A stretch of 56,007 nucleotides of DNA, taken from assembly GCA_028822385.1 (NCBI GenBank), contig JAPKDV010000002.1:1-56007 (forward strand), in the 5' to 3' direction. The notes under the pieces are model-generated. The model saw nothing but the letters and a program-made list of their open reading frames with translations. It had not been told where the DNA came from and made no database searches. This DNA is from Alphaproteobacteria bacterium. Lineage in GTDB: Bacteria > Pseudomonadota > Alphaproteobacteria > UBA6615. Position 1 is the first letter of the stretch. Each line of letters opens with the position of its first letter. The position numbers were made by a program, and so were the translations under genes. Below, one piece after another: positions 7,908-15,859 of this stretch.

Positions 7908-9551
7908 CTACAACCGAACGGGTTCTTCGAATTCGCCCCATTGCGACTTCAATGTAGTAACCATCTCGCCCACAGTGGCATAGGCGTGACAGCAATCAAT
8001 CAGATAGGGCATCAGGTTTTCAGTATCGATTGCCGCAGCTTTCTCTAGTGCGGCGAGCGTTTTGGCGACTTCGGCGTCATCCCGCGTGTCGCGCACGCGC
8101 TCGAATTTCTCAATCACTCGCGAAGATGCCAGCGGGTCGAGCTTGAACAGTTCGGCAACACCCTCGTTCTGATCTTCCCGGCGGAAATAGTTCTGGCCGA
8201 CAATCACGGTCTCGCCGCTATCGACCTTCTTTTTCCGTTCAGACGCACGTTTCGCGATCTTGAGCTGTAGCCAGCCATCTTCAACCGCCTTGGTAACACC
8301 GCCATAGGCGTCAATATCGTCTATTACTTTGGTGATCTCGTCTTCCATCTGATCGGTCAGCCATTCCACATAGTAGCTTCCACCCAGTGGATCGACGGTG
8401 CGTGCGATGCCTGATTCATGGGCTACGATCTGCTGTGTTCGAACCGCGATCTCGGCTGAATGCTCTGTGGGTATCTGATAGGCCTCGTCAAATGCGGCGG
8501 TGAAGATCGACTGTGCGCCGCCCATCACAGCGGCCATGTTCTCAATTCCGACCCGCACCACGTTGTTGTCGGGCTGCGCGCCAACGAGTGATGAACCGCC
8601 ACACACTACGCCGAACCGGAACATCAGTGCTTTGGGGTCCTTCACGCCATAGCGCTGGGTTAGAAGTTTGGCCCAGAGGCGACGGCCTGCTCGGAACTTG
8701 CAGACTTCCTCGAAGAAATCCATGTGGACGTAGAAGAAGAAGCTTAGACGCCGAGCAAATTTCTCCACGTCACCGCCACGCCGGATCAATTCGTCGATAT
8801 AGGCCAACCCGTTGGCGATGGTGTAGCCCATCTCTTCAACAGCTGTACAACCGGCGTCACGCACGTGGGCCCCGGCGATGCTGATGGGGTTGAAGCGCGG
8901 GGTTTGCTCGTTGGAGAACAGGATCGTGTCGGCGATCAGTCGCAATGAGGGGCGCACCGGGAAAATCCATGTTCCGCGCGCCACGTATTCCTTGAGGATG
9001 TCATTTTGAATTGTGCCGGTGAGTTTCTCACGCGGTACACCCTGTTTGTCGGCCACGGCACAATACATGGCGTAGACGATGGAGGCGGTGCCGTTGATAG
9101 TGAATGAGGTTGAGATACCTGCAACATCGATCTCGTCGAACAAAATCTCAGCTTCGGCCAGGTTGGAGAGAGAAACGCCGACCTTGCCAACTTCGGACTT
9201 GGCAATGGGGTCTACTGGATCGTAACCGCACTGGGTTGGCAGATCGAGCGCAACTGACAGGCCGGTCTGGCCCTTGTCGAGGAGGAAACGATAACGCTCG
9301 TTGGATTCTTCAGCCGTACCGAACCCGGAATACTGACGAATGGTCCAGAGCCGACCTCGAAAACCATCCGGAAAAATGCCGCGGGTAAACGGAAATTCTC
9401 CGGGCAGACCTTGATCGGGCTCGCGTACCATATCTGCTGTAACAACTGGCGGCACTTCAATGCCCGATGGTGTCGTCGTGGACGGCTTCGTCGGTGGCTC
9501 TCGATGGGCTTTACTGCCTATCTTGTTAGGGGTCGTTGCGGAATCGCTCAT
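7908..9551 (-). CDS. Acyl-CoA mutase large (substrate/CoA-binding TIM-barrel) subunit, specificity unclear
   Basis: 547 aa, collinear with the MCM alpha catalytic domain as I recall it: FPFTRG...WTIRQYSGFG, GLSVALDLPT, GTIQNDILKEYVARGTWIFP, ISIAGAHVRDAG, RLSFFF. It has no fused B12 domain, which is supplied by the adjacent 132-aa gene. Confidence 0.9.
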   Translation of the reverse strand: MSDSATTPNKIGSKAHREPPTKPSTTTPSGIEVPPVVTADMVREPDQGLPGEFPFTRGIFPDGFRGRLWTIRQYSGFGTAEESNERYRFLLDKGQTGLSVALDLPTQCGYDPVDPIAKSEVGKVGVSLSNLAEAEILFDEIDVAGISTSFTINGTASIVYAMYCAVADKQGVPREKLTGTIQNDILKEYVARGTWIFPVRPSLRLIADTILFSNEQTPRFNPISIAGAHVRDAGCTAVEEMGYTIANGLAYIDELIRRGGDVEKFARRLSFFFYVHMDFFEEVCKFRAGRRLWAKLLTQRYGVKDPKALMFRFGVVCGGSSLVGAQPDNNVVRVGIENMAAVMGGAQSIFTAAFDEAYQIPTEHSAEIAVRTQQIVAHESGIARTVDPLGGSYYVEWLTDQMEDEITKVIDDIDAYGGVTKAVEDGWLQLKIAKRASERKKKVDSGETVIVGQNYFRREDQNEGVAELFKLDPLASSRVIEKFERVRDTRDDAEVAKTLAALEKAAAIDTENLMPYLIDCCHAYATVGEMVTTLKSQWGEFEEPVRL

Positions 9552-9555
9552 CGCA

Positions 9556-10332
9556 TCATCCCTTTTTCGAGGGGAGAACCCGTTCGGCGGCCTCCCAGTG
9601 ATCGTTGTGGACCCATGTTTTCACAAACATCTTTGTTTCGATGTCTTGCATCTCGTCCCGACTTTCGTTCCGGCGATGGGCGTCCGTGACGGCTTTGAAG
9701 GCGCGCATGGATTGGGGCGCCTGTTTTCGCATGGGTTCCAGGTAGGTTTCAACGGTCTCGTTGATATCCTCTCCTTCTGCGCTAATTGCATCGTATAAAC
9801 CAATTTCCAGCGCTTGATCAGGTGAAAGCATTTCGGATGTAGCCATCAACCGCAATCCGCGGGCGCGGCCGACGAGGTTGAGCAGGTCCGGACCGCCGCC
9901 CCATGCGGTTGCGAGTGCCAGACGGCCCTGCACAAATCCGATACTGGCGTGTGCTGCTGCGACCCTAAAATCACAGGATACAGCGAGCTCGGCACCCCCG
10001 CCAAACGCATTCCCGTTCATGGCGGCAATCACCGGAACGGGGAAATCTCGAATCATGTTGAAGGCAGCCTTGGCGTCGAGAGCCATTTTCTCGGCTTCCG
10101 CAGCGGTACGTAATTCTGCTAACTCCCGCAGATCGCCGCCGGCGGCGAAGGTTTTTTCGCCAGCACCCCGCAGGACAGCGGCAATGAGCGTGTCATCAGA
10201 CGCAGCGGTCTTGAATGTGGTTCGAATTGTGTCCAAAATCGAAAGACTGAGCGCGTTGTGCTTCTCGACGCGGTCGATGGTGACGTAGAGAACGCGGTCC
10301 CGCGTTTCTGTGAGAATTTGATCGGTGCTCAT
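9556..10332 (-). CDS. Crotonase-superfamily enzyme (enoyl-CoA hydratase/isomerase fold; possibly an acyl-CoA decarboxylase)
   Basis: Oxyanion-hole segments FAAGGDL and NGNAFGGGAELAVSCDF. The position of the second catalytic Glu of true hydratases is Gln (GFVQGRL). Confidence 0.8.
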   Translation of the reverse strand: MSTDQILTETRDRVLYVTIDRVEKHNALSLSILDTIRTTFKTAASDDTLIAAVLRGAGEKTFAAGGDLRELAELRTAAEAEKMALDAKAAFNMIRDFPVPVIAAMNGNAFGGGAELAVSCDFRVAAAHASIGFVQGRLALATAWGGGPDLLNLVGRARGLRLMATSEMLSPDQALEIGLYDAISAEGEDINETVETYLEPMRKQAPQSMRAFKAVTDAHRRNESRDEMQDIETKMFVKTWVHNDHWEAAERVLPSKKG

Positions 10333-10386
10333 GGTGCTAGTCCGTCCGGTTATATGCTGGAGATGGGCGGCCCCGCTATGCGTGGA

Positions 10387-11472
10387 TCAACTCTCGTCCA
10401 TTTCAGGGGTGCGGTAAATATAGTTGCCGTCCATATAAGTGATAAAGAAGTCGTGGAACGACACGGGTTCGTATTTAGGCGGTTCTCCCGGTTCGATACA
10501 GGACGGAAACGGTTCTGCCACCGTCTCATCGTTACAATTGTAGAAAAAGGTAAGAGCGTAGCGATCCTTGACCGGCGGCACCACGCGGTGCGGGGTCGCG
10601 ATAAAGCGACCATTGGTCCAGCGATTGAAGAATTCACCTGTATTAACGACGATGGCGCCGCGCACGGGTTCGACCTCGATCCATTTTCCTGTCGGGGACA
10701 TCACCTGCAGGCCAGGGACGTCCATCAGCGGCAGGTAGGTCATGGAACTGTGGTCCGCATGGGGAGACAGGGAGAACTGGCCTTCCTCAGCATCCACCGG
10801 CGGATACCAGGCACAGCGATTGTAGTATTCGGGCGTTGAGAATTTTTGGGCGAAGTAGTCTGCGGGAAGGTCGAGCGCCAACGCATAGGCTGGGAGCATG
10901 CGGGTGGCCAGAGCAGCCATGGTTTCTTGGTATTCGAGCAGGGTTTTCCGAAACTTCGGCAATGCGGCCGGCCACTGGTTCATACCGCGGTGACGGACGT
11001 TGGCGGTGACCTTGGGGTCATCAGCTGTGCGTTCGCGCATGAAGGCCCAGGCTTCATTCAGGTCCTTCTTTTCATTTTTAGCGATCTTCGACCAGCGCAG
11101 GATCATTGCCTTGTTAGGGATGAAGCCCTGATGGTGAAAATCGACCTTGTGGTTCATTTTGGATTCGTCGGGCAGAGCAAAGAGTTCAGCGACCTCATCG
11201 AAGGCGTCGTCGATCACGTTTTGTGCGACCCCGTGATTCACAATGCAGTAGAATCCGAGCCCTTCTTGAATCGCACACAGGTCAGTCGCGAATTGTTTTA
11301 CAGCTTCCTGTTCGCCGGACATGTAGCCGCTGATATCGATGACGGGGATCCGCTCATCGGCGAGGCATTGCGCGACGTAGCCTGAAACCTTTGGCTCTAA
11401 ATCGACAGCTTTGGGCATGACGTATTTCTCCCATTTCTCGAGAGGCCGGAATGTCTCCTTATCAGGCGACAT
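10387..11472 (-). CDS. 2-oxoglutarate/Fe(II)-dependent oxygenase (isopenicillin-N-synthase-like family)
   Basis: DIOX_N-like N-terminus (IPVIDISG...GFYCIVNHGV), facial triad HxD...H (SPHADHSS ... TPHRVV) and RxA/S (RYALTFF). The start could also be the Met at codon 19 (MPKAVD). Confidence 0.8.
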   Translation of the reverse strand: MSPDKETFRPLEKWEKYVMPKAVDLEPKVSGYVAQCLADERIPVIDISGYMSGEQEAVKQFATDLCAIQEGLGFYCIVNHGVAQNVIDDAFDEVAELFALPDESKMNHKVDFHHQGFIPNKAMILRWSKIAKNEKKDLNEAWAFMRERTADDPKVTANVRHRGMNQWPAALPKFRKTLLEYQETMAALATRMLPAYALALDLPADYFAQKFSTPEYYNRCAWYPPVDAEEGQFSLSPHADHSSMTYLPLMDVPGLQVMSPTGKWIEVEPVRGAIVVNTGEFFNRWTNGRFIATPHRVVPPVKDRYALTFFYNCNDETVAEPFPSCIEPGEPPKYEPVSFHDFFITYMDGNYIYRTPEMDES

Positions 11473-11499
11473 TCCGGCTAAACCAATGAAATTGGCTGA

Positions 11500-12615
11500 C
11501 TACTGCGCCGCCGCAGCACTTTCCTCGTCGTTGGGAACGAGGTCAGCGAGGTTTGGCATGACCTCTTTCGCGAACAAATCCATGTTAGAAAGCCAGTCGT
11601 CGAACGGCTCATAGACATACTGGACTTGCAGGACGGTCCCGAAACCACCGGTGTCGTCATAGAGCTTACGCAACTTCTCTGTGACCGTATCAGGGCTGCC
11701 GACAATCCAGATGTTGTCGCAAATGTACTCCGCCGTCAGATCCTCATCCTTAATGTCGTCGTTCTCCTTGTAGAGATCGACGACGCCCAGGGACTTCAGG
11801 ACGTTGTACATATAGTCGTTATAAGCCTGGGCCATGCCGCCACTCAGTGCGTGTTCACGTGCTTCCGCGTCGGTCTTTCCGACATAGATTTCACGCGCCA
11901 CCCGCCAGTCCTTGCGGTGAGGTGTGCGACCGGTTTCCTTGGCACCCTTCAGAACTGCATCCCAATGGGTGTTAAGGTTGCCGGCGGGCAGATAATTAAC
12001 ACTCATCGGAATCCAGCCTTCACGGCCCGCTGTTTCCAACGATTCTGAATATTTGTGCAGACCGGCCACCGCGATGGGTGGGTGGGGGTCCTGGTAGGGT
12101 CGGATATGATGGTAGAGCGGAATATGCGGCATCGGCTCGGGCACTTTGAATTGCCAGAACTTACCGTTGTGCTCGAACGGGTCTTCCTCGGTCCAAAGTC
12201 GTTTGATGGCGTTGATGGATTCGCGCATCCGCTCGCGGTGCTCGCCTTCCTGATAATCGATATCAAAGAACTGGAAATCCGTAGGGGCGCCGCCGGCCCC
12301 AATGCCGAAGTTCAGCCGGCCCTTCGACAGATGATCTAGATAGGCGATCCGCAGGGCGACAAGCCGGGGGTCGTGCATCGGTAGCAAGGTAACACCGGTA
12401 CCAACACGGATCCGCTCCGTTTGGGCAAACACCGTGGCGGCGAATAGATCTGTCGCCGGAATTGGTTCCCAGGGGATGGTGTAGTGCTCACCCATCCAGC
12501 CCTCGGCATAACCTAGTTTGTCGGCGTGGACAAAGGTCTGGACATCTCGGTGATAATTGCCGGTTACGTCGCCACCGGGCGGACGCAGTGGCATGCTGAA
12601 CATTCCGTATTTCAT
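11500..12615 (-). CDS. Luciferase-like (LLM class) flavin-dependent monooxygenase
   Basis: MKYGMFSMP... start, then GYAEGWMGEHY, RVGTGVTLLPMHDP, GRLNFGIGAGG, typical of the bacterial luciferase family (the LimB-like group is only a guess). ATG 12615 is preferred over 12633. Confidence 0.85.
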   Translation of the reverse strand: MKYGMFSMPLRPPGGDVTGNYHRDVQTFVHADKLGYAEGWMGEHYTIPWEPIPATDLFAATVFAQTERIRVGTGVTLLPMHDPRLVALRIAYLDHLSKGRLNFGIGAGGAPTDFQFFDIDYQEGEHRERMRESINAIKRLWTEEDPFEHNGKFWQFKVPEPMPHIPLYHHIRPYQDPHPPIAVAGLHKYSESLETAGREGWIPMSVNYLPAGNLNTHWDAVLKGAKETGRTPHRKDWRVAREIYVGKTDAEAREHALSGGMAQAYNDYMYNVLKSLGVVDLYKENDDIKDEDLTAEYICDNIWIVGSPDTVTEKLRKLYDDTGGFGTVLQVQYVYEPFDDWLSNMDLFAKEVMPNLADLVPNDEESAAAAQ

Positions 12616-12761
12616 TGCATCTGTCTCCCACAAGACTTCGGGCGCGAGCGGCTTCTAGGCCACTTTTTTCGCGTGATGTTATGATTGTAGGGGAAGGTGG
12701 GTCATGGGAGTCAACCGCGTTCAGTAGCGGGAAGAATTTTTCACATACCAGAAATGTTGTC

Positions 12762-12778
12762 GGGGTCCGTAAGACCCC
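12762..12778 (+). promoter_or_regulatory. Perfect 6-bp inverted repeat in the divergent control region / 5' leader
   Basis: GGGGTC-cgtaa-GACCCC lies 33 nt upstream of ATG 12811, within the 195-bp divergent intergenic region. Confidence 0.3.
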
Positions 12779-12810
12779 CTATCGTTGCCGAATATTTGGG
12801 AGAGAAACCG

Positions 12811-13590
12811 ATGTTGATTGGTAAAAAAGGTGAGGCGAAAAGCGCGATCGAAACCGCAGATGCGTCTTCGATAACCGTGCGCGGCAAGGATTTGTGCAAC
12901 GACGTCATGGGGCATGCCTCAATGGCTGAGTTTTTCTATTTTCACCTGACGGGACATGAACCTACAGAGGATCAGGCATTCTTTCTGGACGTTCTGGTGG
13001 TTGCTCTGGCCGAGCATGGCCTGACCCCCAGCGTGCAGGCGGCACGAATGACCCTAGCGGCTGCGCCAGAAGCGTTTCATGGCGCGGTGGCTGCTGGTCT
13101 GCTCGGTGTTGGCTCAGTGATCCTGGGCAGTGCCGATGTGTGTGGCGTGATGTTGGATGACGCTGCCAGTCGCATTGAAGCAGGTGTATCAGCAGAAGAT
13201 GTCGCGCTGGTGATCGCCAGAGAGCATAAGGAATCCGGGAAGTTCATTCCGGGATTTGGGCATCCGATCCATCATCCTGTTGACCCCCGGGCTGTCCGGA
13301 TACTCGCGCTGGCCGATGAACGTAGTGTTGCCGGCCGTCATGTAAATGCGCTTCGGGCTTTCCCCTCAGCCGTTGAAGAGGTCTGGGGCAAGCCTCTGCC
13401 AATGAATCTGCAGGGGCCGATGGCTGCGGTCCTGCTTGATCTTGATTTCCCCAAGACGGCCATCCGAGGCCTTCCTATCCTTGCGCGCACGATCGGTTTG
13501 ATCGGACATCTGAACGAAGAGATTGAACGCCCCATCGGATTTCTCCTCGCCCATCATGGCGAAGAGGCAATCGAATATGACGGGGAATAG
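12811..13590 (+). CDS. Short citrate-synthase-family protein (citryl-CoA-lyase-like)
   Basis: About 259 aa. Contains the citrate synthase catalytic-His motif GFGHPIHHPVDPRA and a second His region GLIGHLNEEIERP, but lacks the large N-terminal part of true citrate synthases. ATG 12811 is preceded by GGGAGAG. Confidence 0.75.
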   Translation: MLIGKKGEAKSAIETADASSITVRGKDLCNDVMGHASMAEFFYFHLTGHEPTEDQAFFLDVLVVALAEHGLTPSVQAARMTLAAAPEAFHGAVAAGLLGVGSVILGSADVCGVMLDDAASRIEAGVSAEDVALVIAREHKESGKFIPGFGHPIHHPVDPRAVRILALADERSVAGRHVNALRAFPSAVEEVWGKPLPMNLQGPMAAVLLDLDFPKTAIRGLPILARTIGLIGHLNEEIERPIGFLLAHHGEEAIEYDGE

Positions 13591-13594
13591 CCCC

Positions 13595-14926
13595 ATGACC
13601 TCTCATGAACTGTTCGACCCTGAGGCCGAAACCCGGGAACCAGCCGATCAGAAACGGAAAGATGAACCGGTCTACCGAAAACAGGTCGAATACCTGTTTG
13701 CGAAGTCTGCTTTTTATCGGGAGAAGCTCGCCGAGGCCGGGTTCAAGACACCGGAATCCGTGGGGGGACTTGATGACCTTCGGCACCTGCCTTTCACGGT
13801 AAAGGACGAGCTGCGCGCCAGTCAGGCCGAACACCTCCCACTGGGCAAACAGCTGGCCGCGCCGCTCGACGATATCGTGAGAATCTACTCGACCAGCGGC
13901 ACGTCAGGCACACCTCTTTATATTCCGGTCACCGATGGTGATCTGAAGCGCTGGATTCACACCTCGAATCGCAGCTATTTTGCTGCCGGGATCCGCCCGC
14001 ATCATCGTGTGGTCACGACATATAATTCGGGTCCGTTTGCGGCGGGTGCCGTGCATGAATCCATGATCGCGCTGGGAGTGCGTATGGTGCCGGTCGGCAG
14101 TGGTAACACCGAGCGCCTTTTGACGGCCCTCTCGCGCTTTCAGGTGCAGGCAATCCCCGGCACGCCGTCCTATTTTCTCTACATCGCAGAAGCTGCACGT
14201 GCGCGCGGGATTGATCCGCGGTCGGTGGGGCTTGAAACCCTCGTCGCCGGTGGCGAGCCCGGGGGTGGTGAGCCCACTGTGCGCGCCCAGATTGAGGCTG
14301 CCTTCAATGCCAAGGTGCACGAGGTTCTCGGGCTGGGCGAACTTTCAATTTCCATGTTCGGTGAAGGTCCTGAGCAGGATGGCATGAACTTCCTTGCGCG
14401 CGATTACATTCACATGGAGCTGATCGATCCGATGACCGAACAGCCGATCCCGTTCGAGGATGGCGTGGAGGGTGAGCCGGTCTACACCCATCTGATGCAG
14501 GAAGGTGCACCGTTGTTGCGGTTTCGCTCGCGCGACCATGTGCAGGTCCGTATGGGACCTGTCGCCAGTGGACGCACCGGTCCACGCATTCGTTGTGTAG
14601 GCCGCACCGATGACATGCTGATAGTCCGCGGCGTGAATGTGTTTCCCAGCGCCATCCGCGAGGTGGTGAACGATTTCCAGCCACATGTCAGCGGTCTGGT
14701 TTCGGTGCGTCCGTCTAAAAAAGGCGTGCAACAACTGCCGCCGCTTAGGGTCTTTGTGGAAGTTGCCGAGGGTCCGGATGCCGAGTCGGGACTGGCGGAC
14801 GCCATCGAAAAGGCTATACGGGCTCGTCTAATCTTTACCGCCCGGATTGAACTGGTGCCGTTCAATTCCCTGCCACGCTCTGACTATAAGAGCCGGTTGG
14901 TCGACTACATTGATGCTACAGACTGA
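13595..14926 (+). CDS. Adenylate-forming acyl-CoA ligase, phenylacetate-CoA ligase (PaaK)/F390-synthetase-like
   Basis: AMP-binding P-loop YSTSGTSGTPLYIPVT, GEPGG, GRTDDMLIVRGVNVFP. Size about 443 aa. Start is ATG 13595 (GGGGA 8 nt upstream) or ATG 13577. Confidence 0.8.
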   Translation: MTSHELFDPEAETREPADQKRKDEPVYRKQVEYLFAKSAFYREKLAEAGFKTPESVGGLDDLRHLPFTVKDELRASQAEHLPLGKQLAAPLDDIVRIYSTSGTSGTPLYIPVTDGDLKRWIHTSNRSYFAAGIRPHHRVVTTYNSGPFAAGAVHESMIALGVRMVPVGSGNTERLLTALSRFQVQAIPGTPSYFLYIAEAARARGIDPRSVGLETLVAGGEPGGGEPTVRAQIEAAFNAKVHEVLGLGELSISMFGEGPEQDGMNFLARDYIHMELIDPMTEQPIPFEDGVEGEPVYTHLMQEGAPLLRFRSRDHVQVRMGPVASGRTGPRIRCVGRTDDMLIVRGVNVFPSAIREVVNDFQPHVSGLVSVRPSKKGVQQLPPLRVFVEVAEGPDAESGLADAIEKAIRARLIFTARIELVPFNSLPRSDYKSRLVDYIDATD

Positions 14927-15077
14927 CGTCTAGGGAAAATCCTGATTTATCTTATTAGGTGCTGATTCCATCGCCACTTGCCAGTGCGCCCCCCAGAGCG
15001 TCACGAAGCAAAGAGACTGATGGAGCCGAAGCTGGCGAGCGATGCTGTGAACGTAAAGAGAAGAAACCGAGCGTGCA

Positions 15078-15770
15078 TCATTTCTCGGATTTGGGCAGGG
15101 CAAAGGGGTTGAAACTGGTAGCGTTGTCGTAATGATCGACGCTTTCGCTTTTCTTTAGCCAGCCAACGACAGCATAGGTGATCGGCGTCGCCAGTACCTC
15201 ATAGCCCAGTTTGAAGACGATCTGGGTAAGAACCAACGTGATCAGCACTTCGTTGGGGAACACGCCAAAGAAGGCGACCGTGATGAACACGCTAGAATCG
15301 AGGGTTTGGCCGACAATGGAAGACCCGAGCGTGCGTACCCACAGGTGGCGTCCGGCCATGGCAACCTTGAGGCGGGCCAGAATATAGGAATTCGCAAATT
15401 CACCGATCAAATAGGCGGCAAAAGAAGCTGCTAGAATACGAGGGGTTGCGCCGAGGATCGTTGCATAGGCGTCGCCATGCTCCCAGAACCCAGCGGCGGG
15501 CAGTGCGCCGACCAGCATAAATGTCGCCACGGCAAGAAGATTAGCGCCAAATCCGATCCAGATTACGGTTCGGGCCTTGGCGAAACCGTAAACTTCCGTC
15601 AGAACATCGCCGATGATGTAGCTAATAGGAAAGATCACGATGGCACCGGGAATAACATAGCCCCAGACATTGATAAGTTTTACTACAGTGATGTTCGACA
15701 CTAGCAAACAAGTGACGAACAAGACGGCGATAAAGAGAAAACGGGGCGTCAATGCGGTCATGTCGTCCAA
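15078..15770 (-). CDS. yhhQ: Queuosine-precursor transporter (YhhQ / DUF165, VUT family)
   Basis: 230 aa polytopic membrane protein with the family signature FPISYIIGDVLTEVYGFAKARTVIW. Divergent from queA. Confidence 0.85.
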   Translation of the reverse strand: MDDMTALTPRFLFIAVLFVTCLLVSNITVVKLINVWGYVIPGAIVIFPISYIIGDVLTEVYGFAKARTVIWIGFGANLLAVATFMLVGALPAAGFWEHGDAYATILGATPRILAASFAAYLIGEFANSYILARLKVAMAGRHLWVRTLGSSIVGQTLDSSVFITVAFFGVFPNEVLITLVLTQIVFKLGYEVLATPITYAVVGWLKKSESVDHYDNATSFNPFALPKSEK

Positions 15771-15859
15771 GAAGTATTTTGATTGTCGGATTTGAACAGG
15801 CTAATGGCAGTCCAATGGCGCAACTGTCAATTGACCAGAACTAAAGTACGAGACGTGGT

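Noticed and set aside
15771-15859. Possible preQ1 riboswitch in the yhhQ/queA divergent region.
   Set aside because: On neither strand could I find the compact preQ1-I features: a short stem, an A-rich tail ending in ...AAAAAACUA, and a C-rich pseudoknot partner. The interval is also short for two promoters plus a riboswitch. A covariance-model scan would settle it.
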